Shown: positions 10,358 through 20,491, counted from the whole stretch's first letter. The stretch: 63,513 nt of DNA, filler included, from Sanchytrium tribonematis (GCA_018985235.1; 30 parts of 30 records of this genome joined end to end with filler, not necessarily neighbours in it); one strand, 5' to 3'. Notes: generated by a model not told the origin, from the letters alone. A program made the numbers and translations.

Positions 10358-11401
10358 ATGATTTTGATAGTGCTTTGCTCTCTTTTTGCAATTCGTCATT
10401 GCGTTGTGGGTGCCGGTATTGCTGGTACAACTGCAGCAGGCCAATTAAGAATAGCTTTTCCGAGTCATGACATTAATTTGATTGATTTCAATTTTGATGA
10501 CAGCAGTTTAGATGCATTTAAAGATGAATTAAGTCAATTCACAATATCTGACTTTGAAAAATATGCATTACTAATGGGTTTCAGTGAAGAAACAATTAAT
10601 ATTTGGCGTAATTCATTGTTTCCTTCTGAAATACTTGAAAATCATCAACTCAAAATTGGGAAATTTATTTATTTAATGAATTTGGTTCGCGGGCATCTAA
10701 TAGAAAACAATAACGTTGTAAAAATTCAAAATCGCGTGGCATTTATAAAAATCTTAAGAAAAGAACCTAGATATATTTTATATTCTAAAAATGAAGAGGA
10801 GCACGAGAAACTAATTGCTAAATGCAATCACGTCTATATGGCACTAGGTGGTACTCCTAAACAATCTTTGGAATTACATGGAAATCCAACTCAATTTGGT
10901 ATCTCTAAATCTCTTGATTTTTTAAAGGGTTCAAATGCGCGTACTGTTCTAGAAGATAAAAACGTGTTTGTGGTGGGAGGCGGATATACAGAAAACTTGG
11001 TGACACAGAAACTAATTGATATCGGGATAAAATTTGTATTGGTAAAAACTTTTTTTCAGAATGACAGACACTGGAACACTGAAAAGTTATGCGACTTTAG
11101 TAGTCTATCTCGTTATCCAGCATTTAAACCAGATGATTATGTATTTTATGCACATGAATTACAGCCAAATATGTTGCCTACAATCTATACAGGCAAAACG
11201 AAATTAAGTATCAACGTAAGAAAGATGACAGGTCAACGTTACTCTTACAAATATTTTAAAAAACAATTACCCTTTAAAACATTTGTCATTTATGCATTAG
11301 GTGCCATGGTAAGAAAGGGCAATATATTCAATTTTATTGAAGCTTCCAAACAAATTATTAACAAGATTCAACGTAGGCACAACTATAATGAAGCACAATA
11401 A
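10358..11401 (+). CDS. Putatively secreted FAD/NAD(P)-binding oxidoreductase-like protein, paralog 3 (most divergent)
   Basis: MILIVLCSLFA-IRHCVVGAGIAG; FVVGGGYT; FYAHE. Confidence 0.75.
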   Translation: MILIVLCSLFAIRHCVVGAGIAGTTAAGQLRIAFPSHDINLIDFNFDDSSLDAFKDELSQFTISDFEKYALLMGFSEETINIWRNSLFPSEILENHQLKIGKFIYLMNLVRGHLIENNNVVKIQNRVAFIKILRKEPRYILYSKNEEEHEKLIAKCNHVYMALGGTPKQSLELHGNPTQFGISKSLDFLKGSNARTVLEDKNVFVVGGGYTENLVTQKLIDIGIKFVLVKTFFQNDRHWNTEKLCDFSSLSRYPAFKPDDYVFYAHELQPNMLPTIYTGKTKLSINVRKMTGQRYSYKYFKKQLPFKTFVIYALGAMVRKGNIFNFIEASKQIINKIQRRHNYNEAQ

Positions 11402-11428
11402 ATATTTAAAAGGAGTAGGGGCCAAAAC

Positions 11429-12379
11429 ATGTTCAATTTACTTTGCATTTTATATTCATATCATCATTGTGTGGTTGGTGCAGGTCCAGCAGGCATCACC
11501 ATGGCTCATTTATTATCCAAACAATTTCCCAATGATCAAATTACATTAATGGGTGATGATAAAAATGGTGGCAATTTAAATAAAGTCAAAAATGAATTAA
11601 GCAACACCCCATATCACATTTTTAATGAATATGGTATTAATATGCAACTTGATCATTTAGATATATTTAAATCATTTAAAGCAAAAGACCGATTTCAATT
11701 CCCACTTATTTCTGAGATTGTAGAAATGGTCAATCAAATTCGCAATGACTTAAACAGAAATGGGAATTTTATTCATTCTAAAGTGACTCGTATTGACAGA
11801 GTAAATCATCAATTCGAATTGCAATTGATACGAAATGAAATACAAAATTGTGATTTTGTGTATTTGGCATTGGGTGGTATTCCAAAGCCATTTATTGATT
11901 TAAATGGCAATCCACAACAATTTGACATGTATGAATCACTGGAAATGTTGAATGAATCAAATGCGCGTGACAAATTATACGATAAACAAATATACATTGT
12001 TGGAGATGGTGATACATCTCGATGGATGCAAAACAGGTTAAATTCATTAAAGATATCATTCGAATTAATTAAAATAAAACACGGTAGTGATGATGATGAT
12101 GAAGAGGAAAAGGAGATGAATTCAAATGATTATGTATTTTATGCACACGGATTGCAATCTGCAAATTTGCCTGAAATTAAAATTGATTTTGAAGAAACCA
12201 TTGGCTCGTGGCTAGCAAGGAATCAATACAATATGTATCACATCAAAGGCAGTGACGCCGTGATTTATGGATTGGGTGCCATGGTTAAATCTGGACAAGT
12301 GAATAATTTCTGGTTTATTGCAGATTTAATTATTGAAAATGTTTATTCTAGAATAGAATCAATGCAGACAGGACCATGA
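11429..12379 (+). CDS. Putatively secreted FAD/NAD(P)-binding oxidoreductase-like protein, paralog 4
   Basis: MFNLLCILYS-YHHCVVGAGPAG; YIVGDGDT; FYAHG. Confidence 0.75.
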   Translation: MFNLLCILYSYHHCVVGAGPAGITMAHLLSKQFPNDQITLMGDDKNGGNLNKVKNELSNTPYHIFNEYGINMQLDHLDIFKSFKAKDRFQFPLISEIVEMVNQIRNDLNRNGNFIHSKVTRIDRVNHQFELQLIRNEIQNCDFVYLALGGIPKPFIDLNGNPQQFDMYESLEMLNESNARDKLYDKQIYIVGDGDTSRWMQNRLNSLKISFELIKIKHGSDDDDEEEKEMNSNDYVFYAHGLQSANLPEIKIDFEETIGSWLARNQYNMYHIKGSDAVIYGLGAMVKSGQVNNFWFIADLIIENVYSRIESMQTGP

Positions 12380-12851
12380 ATGAGAAAAATGCACTTGCTG
12401 ATGATGTCGTGGTGGTAGAATTGCCATTGGTTGTGCCATTGGTTGTAGAATTGGTTGTAGAATTAACTGAAGCATATTGAGAGGCACATGCTTGGATGGA
12501 TTTATCATGATCATCCATGGTATCTGGATTGGTATTAAAGATGGGACTCATTTTAGCAATAAATTGTGAACATTTGTTGGGGCATTGGACGACATCAATG
12601 GTCATTTTTGGATTAATATCTTTTAAGCAGATTTGACCCTCTTCTTGATGGCATTTCATGGCAGATGACCATACGGATGCATCTCGTAAATCATTGTGAT
12701 TGCAGGATGTAAATAATGATTCAGTTAATTGACCACATTGAATGCAGACTGGGGTGGTTGTAGTGGATCCAATATCGGGGATGGGACCTGAAAAGCATTT
12801 TTGGACGGATTTAAATGCTGTATTGCAACTAGATGAGAGAGTAGATGTCAT
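12348..12851 (-). CDS. Cys-rich protein with S/T stalk and hydrophobic (GPI-like) tail, copy B
   Basis: Likely start MTSTLSSSC (ATG 12851), matching its paralog; 10 aligned Cys; tail SASAFFSFMVLSALILF. Confidence 0.7.
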   Translation of the reverse strand: MTSTLSSSCNTAFKSVQKCFSGPIPDIGSTTTTPVCIQCGQLTESLFTSCNHNDLRDASVWSSAMKCHQEEGQICLKDINPKMTIDVVQCPNKCSQFIAKMSPIFNTNPDTMDDHDKSIQACASQYASVNSTTNSTTNGTTNGNSTTTTSSASAFFSFMVLSALILF

Positions 12852-12922
12852 TTGGTGATAGATTGGATGATTGTCTGTTTTATAAATGAGAGAACCAATC
12901 ACAGAATGTAAAATCAATTTAT

Positions 12923-13411
12923 TCAAATCAACATCAAAGTAGACAATGTCAACATTGTGAATGAGGTGCTACTAGCAGAGGATGTTGCAGTAGAATTGTT
13001 TGAATCGCCACTCGTTGTTGAATTGCCATTTGGCAAATCATTTGGATATTTATCAGCGCAATCTTGAATCAGTTTCTCTTGACCGTGTAAATCAGAACTA
13101 TTGAAAATGGAAGGATTCACTTTTGCAACAAATTGGGAGCATTGATTTGAACATTTTACCACATCAATTTTAGTATCTTTACCTTTGACACAATATTCCC
13201 CATTCTCTTTGTGGCATTGCATAGCAGCAGTCCATACAGATTTGTTTTGTAAATCGGTTGAATTACAACTTGCAAATAATACTTCTGTTAAATCCCCACA
13301 TTTGCCACATAACGCAGAAGAATCAGCAGAGGCATTGGCATCTACGGCGGTTGAGAAACATGATGATGAAGCCTTATAAGCTGTTTGGCAATCTGATGAC
13401 AATGATTCCAT
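12923..13411 (-). CDS. Cys-rich protein with S/T stalk and hydrophobic (GPI-like) tail, copy A
   Basis: MESLSSDC...; same Cys spacing and shared IDVVxCxNxCSQFxAK; tail SFTMLTLSTLMLI. Confidence 0.7.
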   Translation of the reverse strand: MESLSSDCQTAYKASSSCFSTAVDANASADSSALCGKCGDLTEVLFASCNSTDLQNKSVWTAAMQCHKENGEYCVKGKDTKIDVVKCSNQCSQFVAKVNPSIFNSSDLHGQEKLIQDCADKYPNDLPNGNSTTSGDSNNSTATSSASSTSFTMLTLSTLMLI

Positions 13412-13654
13412 TTTACATCAAAATATTTGATTTCTATTTATGTGCTTGTTGACCAATCACACAAGGTAGAGATAAACGGACAAGCAAATTGTCTCATAAT
13501 AAATCACGAATCATATTATGGAGGGATAAACAGGCAAAATACAATTACAGTGACAATTGCGCTTAATGTTTTCACAAAATCATTTGTAATATTTGTAATA
13601 TTTGTGTCACTTGTAATTTGATTTTGAATGACAATAGACGCACAATTTTACAAC

Positions 13655-14680
13655 ATGTTGATTTTACACTTTATTCTATTTTCTATTCATCATTGTATTG
13701 TAGGTGCTGGACCAGCAGGTGCGATATTGGCACGGCAATTATCCAAAGCATTCCCAGAAGATGAAATCACATTAATCGACAAATATTTCAATGGAGGTAA
13801 TTTGAACAAAGTAAAGAATGAATACAGTAATGTAAACTACATCCATTATGATACATTTACTTCGGCTTTGGGTTTGAATCAAGAAAAGAATAATTTGCCG
13901 GTTTATAGCAAATTTGAGATGTATAAAAATCAAGACACTATCCACGTCCCTAAACTAAGCGATTTGATCAACTTGATCAACGAATTGAGATATTACATGT
14001 CAACTAGCAATAAAATTAGCACTCTCAAAGGGCAAGTCACCTCCATCAAAATATTTGAAAATCATTTTCAATTAAGTTTAATGACACTCAAAAGTCGCTT
14101 TCGATTCATTAATAAAATGCGACAGGATAAAATTAATTGTGATCGAGTTCATTTGGCAATCGGTGGTGTACCTAAACCATTTTTTGAAATGAATGGGAAT
14201 CCGCAACAATATAATATGTATCAATCACTTGATTTATTAAATTCTGAAAATGTAGAGTCAATTTTGAATAAAAAGCAAATTTATGTGGTCGGAAATGGAG
14301 CAACTGCGCAGTGGATGAAAACCAAATTAAGAAACTTGCAAATACCATTTTATCTTGTTGTAAGTGATGATAGGAGTAAAACCAACTCGTGTGTGGAAGA
14401 AGGCGAAATATTAAGTGCAGAAACATTTAAAGGAAAAAAATTCAGTGGTAATGATATCATATTCTATGCGCATGGATTGACCAGTGCCAAATTGCCATCT
14501 GTTTTTCTTGGAAGAAGGAAGATTGAAATCAACAAAGTTAAGCTAACCTATGGCGTTATTGATTTTACTACAGAGGATAACAAGCATTTGTTTTACGGAC
14601 TAGGAGCCATGTCAGATTCTGTTGCTTTTATTACAATTAAAAATGCAGCTGATAGAGTAATTGAAAAACTGAAAGAGTGA
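13655..14680 (+). CDS. Putatively secreted FAD/NAD(P)-binding oxidoreductase-like protein, paralog 5 (closest to paralog 1)
   Basis: MLILHFILFS-IHHCIVGAGPAG; GGVPKPFFEMNGNPQQ; YVVGNGAT; FYAHG. Confidence 0.75.
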   Translation: MLILHFILFSIHHCIVGAGPAGAILARQLSKAFPEDEITLIDKYFNGGNLNKVKNEYSNVNYIHYDTFTSALGLNQEKNNLPVYSKFEMYKNQDTIHVPKLSDLINLINELRYYMSTSNKISTLKGQVTSIKIFENHFQLSLMTLKSRFRFINKMRQDKINCDRVHLAIGGVPKPFFEMNGNPQQYNMYQSLDLLNSENVESILNKKQIYVVGNGATAQWMKTKLRNLQIPFYLVVSDDRSKTNSCVEEGEILSAETFKGKKFSGNDIIFYAHGLTSAKLPSVFLGRRKIEINKVKLTYGVIDFTTEDNKHLFYGLGAMSDSVAFITIKNAADRVIEKLKE

Positions 14681-14692
14681 TTTGATTTGAAT

Positions 14693-16600
14693 TTATTCAA
14701 CTAAAAATGACTCTGATGTCCATTCTACATAGCTATTTGCATCCTTGACATTCCCCATCGGTCTTTGCGCCAATAATCTAAACGTGTAATTCCCTTGAGG
14801 AATTTTCTCCCATTTTTTATGATCTGCTGTAAAACATCCAACACACACCATCCCATTCTCAAAATACTGCTTCAACTCAATCTGCTTATATTTGACATTA
14901 TCCTGCTCAAATTCACCTTCTAATTTCCTCAAATGCTGCTGATAATAAACCAATCCCAAAATATGAGAATTATTTTGAATTTGGATTTGGAGTGCTTCAA
15001 TGGGGTGATTAATGCGTAATCCAATATAATCTGACATGATATTGAAATTAGAGCCAGATTTGACCAATTTGGGCCATCCATTCATGAATAATTGAACTTT
15101 ATTATAATCTCCTTGATACCCAAAATATGGAATAGAATATTGCTGAGAAGACTCAATATTTACATAACCACTATATAAATAGGTTTCGGGTGCTTTAGAA
15201 GTGATCTTGACATAAATATGTCGAGTGGTTTCTGGTTGGAGGGTCAATTTTTCATAAGCCGTGTAGAATTCGTGTTTTTGGAGAGAATAATGCAAATCTC
15301 TGTTCACATCTTGGACTGATACCATATTTGAGTGAGATATTTTGACATCCATGGGTGTCTTTAATGTATTTTTAATGGAAATAAGCTGATATTGATTTCC
15401 TTTGATTTGATTGGTTAGAACCATTAAATCACTTTTGAAAGTATTCAGCATTTGGATCATACCGGCACCTTGCTGGATAACTGATGAGTTGAATGGTTTA
15501 GCCGTGGCCATTGTTTTGGATCTAAAATCTTTTAAATCTCCAAAATGTTCCATGTAAAGCGCAGCGCAACCAGCGACATACGGTGATGCCATGGACGTTC
15601 CGGACCATACATCATAACAAGGTTGATCGTCACAAAATTTCATTGGGACACTACTACGGATATCGACGCCAGGAGAGGCAATCTCTGGTTTCAGTTGTAA
15701 TTCCGGTGTGAGACCCCACGAACTAAATACAGCTACTTTAGATGCACTGGCAGCAGCAACAGCAAATGCGTATTGAGAAACGGCGGGGCTGCCAGCTGTA
15801 AAAAGCCCAGATTTGCCATCATTTCCATTTGCATTTAAAATCAAAATTCCAAGTTTCTGCATTTTAGCGTAAATGGATTCGATGAAACCTGCATCCCATC
15901 CTCCGACTAGCCCCAAAGACATGTTAATGACGTTCATTTTATCCTTCACAGCTTGTTCCAAGGCCTCGTAAACTTGAATATAATCTTCATCTTGCACACC
16001 TTCTCTAAACACTTTGTAAGCACCTAAAAGGGCATTTGGTGCTACCCCTGTGACCTCATCATCATTTCCTGCTACAATACCAGCCACATGGCTGCCGTGT
16101 CCCAAAGAATCCAAGCAGTCTGTTTTTTCCAATTCTCCTGTGAAATCATAACATGCTACAATTCTGGACTTATTTTGTGTAATAAATGCAGGATGGTGAT
16201 AATCTATGCCTGTGTCGATGATGCCTACTCTAATATTCTTGCCAGATACACCAAATTGAGATCGAACATCTGAAACCTGAGTGACATTGTGCATATCTGT
16301 AAATTCTGATAGGACACGATCATTTTTAGCTGGCGCAACTGGCTTTACTAGCGTATATCTTGGCAATTCGGTAATGGTGTGTGAGTTGGAGATTCGGGAG
16401 ATTTTATGGAATTGATTCTTTGGCAAATCCACATGGATAAAATTGGATAAATAGGTGTATGATTTGTACTTAATATTCAATTTGGATAATCGGGATGTAA
16501 TTGGATGATGGTCTGCCTTCAATTGGTGCTTTGAAAAGCCATCTAATTGAGTCTGATCGCTAATTTTGATAATAAATGAAGCAAATACGACGGGAAGCAT
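14693..16600 (-). CDS. Secreted subtilisin-like serine protease (S8, Vpr-like)
   Basis: Catalytic triad motifs IIDTGID, HGSHVAG, SGTSMASP; short signal peptide and prodomain. Confidence 0.95.
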   Translation of the reverse strand: MLPVVFASFIIKISDQTQLDGFSKHQLKADHHPITSRLSKLNIKYKSYTYLSNFIHVDLPKNQFHKISRISNSHTITELPRYTLVKPVAPAKNDRVLSEFTDMHNVTQVSDVRSQFGVSGKNIRVGIIDTGIDYHHPAFITQNKSRIVACYDFTGELEKTDCLDSLGHGSHVAGIVAGNDDEVTGVAPNALLGAYKVFREGVQDEDYIQVYEALEQAVKDKMNVINMSLGLVGGWDAGFIESIYAKMQKLGILILNANGNDGKSGLFTAGSPAVSQYAFAVAAASASKVAVFSSWGLTPELQLKPEIASPGVDIRSSVPMKFCDDQPCYDVWSGTSMASPYVAGCAALYMEHFGDLKDFRSKTMATAKPFNSSVIQQGAGMIQMLNTFKSDLMVLTNQIKGNQYQLISIKNTLKTPMDVKISHSNMVSVQDVNRDLHYSLQKHEFYTAYEKLTLQPETTRHIYVKITSKAPETYLYSGYVNIESSQQYSIPYFGYQGDYNKVQLFMNGWPKLVKSGSNFNIMSDYIGLRINHPIEALQIQIQNNSHILGLVYYQQHLRKLEGEFEQDNVKYKQIELKQYFENGMVCVGCFTADHKKWEKIPQGNYTFRLLAQRPMGNVKDANSYVEWTSESFLVE

Positions 16601-16779
16601 TCTTATTGACTATTTGGGGACGAAAAGATTATAAAGTGGTCATTTGATTTGATATTTGCAATTTATGGTGACATTTGGATGTGAAAGGGGAATATTGCAA
16701 ATGTATTGCGAATTTTAAATTATTGCGAATTTTAAAATTTATTTTACAATGATTTTGATACTTAACCCGAGGAGAACCG

Positions 16780-17700
16780 CATCGGACTAAATATCTACAC
16801 ATTCAAGTCCCTCGCCTTTCAATTGCCCGTGGTAATCAATGGAATTTAGTAGATTTTTTGGTAACAAACAAACGGCAAACATGAAGCAGATAATTTACAA
16901 AACACAGATCAGGCATTATAGAGAACAATTTGGGGACTAGAGACATCACCTTGAGTGAAACCTTGATTGGTGGAAACATATTTTGAAGTGAATTGGCCCA
17001 GTCAGAGCCTTAAGTTCTGGGATCTACAGAGCTCCCAAATGATTTGTTTAAACAGAATGGAGCAATTGTCGTAAGTTAGGAAGTTATAAATAGATGTTCT
17101 ATTCAACTTATCAAGGCTTTATATTTGCATTTTCCAATCTCTCAATCTCAGCATTAATATCAAAAACACAGTCGCTAACACTTAAATTTGACTGATAGCC
17201 ATTTTGACGATGGGATGGCATAAAAATGTTATGGTTTTCGTTGGAAATCATTTTACAGAACAATTTTTTAATGTATGACGAGACACCGATGTATCTGTTA
17301 TGGTTGACAAAGTCTGTACCGTGTCACTACATTTCAATAGATCGGGTGTTATACCCATTATAAGTCATAAATTAAAATTTTTAAAAGCATTTCTTTAAAT
17401 GATTTCGAGGCATTCCGCAACATCTCTAAATCTATTTCGTCAGGTCCATTAGATTTGCCTTTGGAAAGTGAATTCAAGGCATGTTGAGGTCATCAGTGGA
17501 AAATCGGAAAGAATCGGTGGAAAAAGGAAAATTACTATTTAAATCGACAGATTCTTCTGTATTCCATTTCAATTTTAACGAATCAATATATTGGTCCAAT
17601 TTGCGATAGTCCATCATTGTGTCTTTGTTAAATTTTCTTCCTCTACCAACATTGAATGTATTAATTTCATTTCTTGTGGATTGAACTTGCTGTTGAGATA
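16780..17700 (-). mobile_element. Degenerate non-LTR retrotransposon RT remnant
   Basis: Broken minus-strand frames give KGKSNGPDEI, QNGYQSNLSVSD, KALD and QGDVSSP motifs in RT order. Confidence 0.7.
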
Positions 17701-17891
17701 GTAAATCCTATGCAATTTGAGAGATGGGGGTTACGGGGAGGCATCGTTTAGTGAATTTTAATCTGAATTATGATCATTGCGGCATCATTTGGGGGATGGG
17801 GGTGAAACAGGGATTGTAAAAGTGGATTATATTTAAGTGCAGCAAGTGCTACTTTAACTGCATCTTCATTACGTTTCGGTAAAATAATCTC

Positions 17892-18639
17892 TAATATTGT
17901 ATTATAATAATAATAATAAATTTATTCTTTGATGGCTGACTTGTCAAATCAATGCCCACCAATTTAATCCGGCCACTTAAGCAGGGGTTATAATATTTTT
18001 TAGTGATTTTAAAAGATCAAAAATTTGGTCCTCAGTACCGCTTTTAAGTATATTGTATATGTACATTTCATCCCAGTGCTTGTAATTACATTCGCCTTCG
18101 AAATGAATTAGCGAATCAAATGGTTGCAAACACATTTTGCAAATTCCTTTTTTAATAGGGAAATGTCCCATAAGAAATTTCACACCTAGTTGAAGTACAT
18201 GGTGTGTGTAATTGTAAAAATACTTGTTTTTTAGTAATAATTGTGGATGAAATAGGTAGATTTGTTGCTCTTTTTGCCTCGTTTGAATCCCACATTTCTG
18301 CTAATCTCTCTTCTACAGCAGCGTCTAATTCCTCTCTAGTCTCGTGTACAAGTGGCTCATATTCATTTATGTTATTTGCAATCGACGTATTACATTTTAA
18401 TAAATCTATATAGAAATCTGGAGTTTCCAAATCTTCATTTTGAAGATGTTTAGTCAAATTACATATTTGATTTTCAGATCAAATTCTTGCTTTTGAATAT
18501 AATTCATTGGCATTATGAAATTTTCCCAATAGCTCATGAATTTTTCGAGTGTTGGAAAATAATTCATTGATCGCATTTCTACGAATTGATTCAAGTTTTG
18601 GCAAGTAATGTCTATCCCAGAGTGTAATATTGTATTATA
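17892..18639 (-). mobile_element. 5'-truncated LINE 3' end with (TTA)n tail and 15-bp flanking direct repeat
   Basis: TLWDRHYLPKLESIRRNA; C-terminal CKMC-x6-IHFEGEC knuckle; TAATATTGTATTATA at 17892-17906 and 18625-18639. Confidence 0.65.
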
Positions 18640-19442
18640 TTAGATAAATTCCATCCTAGGAATTTGTTGGACCTTGATCTCACTTGCAATCAAAAAAAAA
18701 TAATTTATTTTACAATTTATCTGTATCGCATGTCAAATCTGCCAGAATCACAAACTCGTTTCCTCATATATAACACTTTCCCCTTTTGAAAATTCATTGA
18801 TAGAATGTAAAATCCTCCAAAATTAAATCTTGCGGCATTGTTACAAATAAAAAATAAGAGTTTGTTAAATGATACGCCGTAAAACAACCTATTTAAAACT
18901 GTCAACGCATCAATTTTGCTACTTATTAAATTTTTCTGCACAAAAGAATCCCATAAATAACCTAGTTATTCCAGTATTAATGCTCACCTGCGGGTTGTTA
19001 TCGGTTACAGTTTTATAGCGGGTCGTGGTGATCTTATAAAGGAGATTTTTACGACAAGGTCGCAGAGACCTTTAAGTCAAATAAATGCTTTTTTTATGAA
19101 ATAAGCGAATCATTGAAAAGAAAAAAATTTCAATCAAATATTTGTGTTTTGTTGTGCCATACGGGTCAAGCAAATGTCACGTTCACAAAAAGCAGCTGCA
19201 ATTAACACCCAATACAATTCCAATTATGAAGTTGATCTTGCCACATACATTGGAAAGTCAACCTCAGAAGAGGAAAGCAATTGTGGAGACTTAAATTATA
19301 GTGATGCGGAAGAAGTGGATGATGCAGTCGAAGAAGACACAGNNNNNNNNNNNNNNNNNNNNNNNNNNNNNNNNNNNNNNNNNNNNTTAATTAATTAANN
19401 NNNNNNNNNNNNNNNNNNNNNNNNNNNNNNNNNNNNNNNNNN

Positions 19443-19993
19443 CATCCACGCAATCATTAATTCCACAATATACTACCAAATCTACCCAAATAGAGATGAT
19501 AAATCGATTAAATCAAATCGAATTATCCAAATATGATGAAATTAAAGTAATTTGTGAATCTGATTTAGATATTCTTTATTTGCTTTTTAATCATTTAAAT
19601 AAAGGTGGTAAATTATATTATAGTGATCCGGATACATTATTATTAACAGGATGTATAGATGTGAGTGAAAATAGTGCAAATGGGCTATTTTATGGATTGG
19701 TGCCAGAATATGATTTGGAAATGGAAGAACAATTATTAGAAGAAGAAGATAAAATTAAACCAATTAAAAATAAAGAAGTGAAAAGACAGCCATGTGCAAA
19801 TTGTACTTGTGGATTAAAAGAAGAATTAGAAGGTGTTAAAATTGAAACATCTGAGATTTCCAAGAGTGGCTGTGGCAATTGTAGTTTGGGAGATGCATTT
19901 AGATGTGCTAGTTGTCCTTATTTAGGAATGCCTGCATTTAAACCAGGTGAGAATGTCAAATTGACTGGAATGTTTGCGCAAGACGATTTGTGA
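19443..19993 (+). CDS. DRE2: Anamorsin/Dre2 Fe-S assembly protein (possibly 5'-partial)
   Basis: CANCTCGL and [29 protein letters not shown]. Confidence 0.95.
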
Positions 19994-20014
19994 AGAAAAT
20001 AAATTTTATAATGT

Positions 20015-20269
20015 TTATTGTAGTGCAGTCATATTCTGAGTCGTGATGGCACGTGTATCATCTTTGTCTTGATTATCAGTAGCATTTCGAATTATTGGTT
20101 GATTTTCATTTAAAATCCCTCTCAAAAACCACCCACTAAAAAATCCCATTCCCCATCCTGCCACTTTTGGTGTCATAAATTGTTCCCACACTGATTTGAT
20201 CTGGATTGGATGTGTATGAATGCAATGTTCCCCACACGGTACTGCAAATAAAATCACAACAATCAACAT
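20015..20269 (-). CDS. Small secreted/membrane protein
   Basis: MLIVVILFA-VPCGEHC...; glycine-rich hydrophobic segment AGWGMGFFSGWFL. Confidence 0.5.
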   Translation of the reverse strand: MLIVVILFAVPCGEHCIHTHPIQIKSVWEQFMTPKVAGWGMGFFSGWFLRGILNENQPIIRNATDNQDKDDTRAITTQNMTALQ

Positions 20270-20380
20270 TTGAGAGAATTGAGATTTCTGACAAATAGGA
20301 GTATTCACGTGTTTTTGACCAATGGCAATTGATCCAAATGATGTGATATGAACTCAGTTATCTCAATTCATCTCTCCTTG

Positions 20381-20491
20381 ATGCAATTCTTTTATTTCTT
20401 ACTACTTGCCATTCCAATGTGTCCAAATTGTGTTGTGCGTGAAGCCACTGTATTGGGTACTGCTGGTGCAACTACAATACACAGCATGTGG
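20381..20491 (+). CDS. Small secreted protein (3'-partial)
   Basis: MQFFYFLLLA-IPMCPNC...; divergent from the previous gene. Confidence 0.45.

Noticed and set aside
12852..12926. Upstream extension MNKLILHSVIG as a signal peptide
   Set aside because: Non-ATG start overlapping the neighbour's stop; the stretch matches the CCAAT/TATA-like promoter of its paralog.
19174..19342. Acidic ORF start as a piggyBac transposase N-terminus
   Set aside because: Truncated by the contig end, with no convincing TTAA-CCC terminus or catalytic motif.
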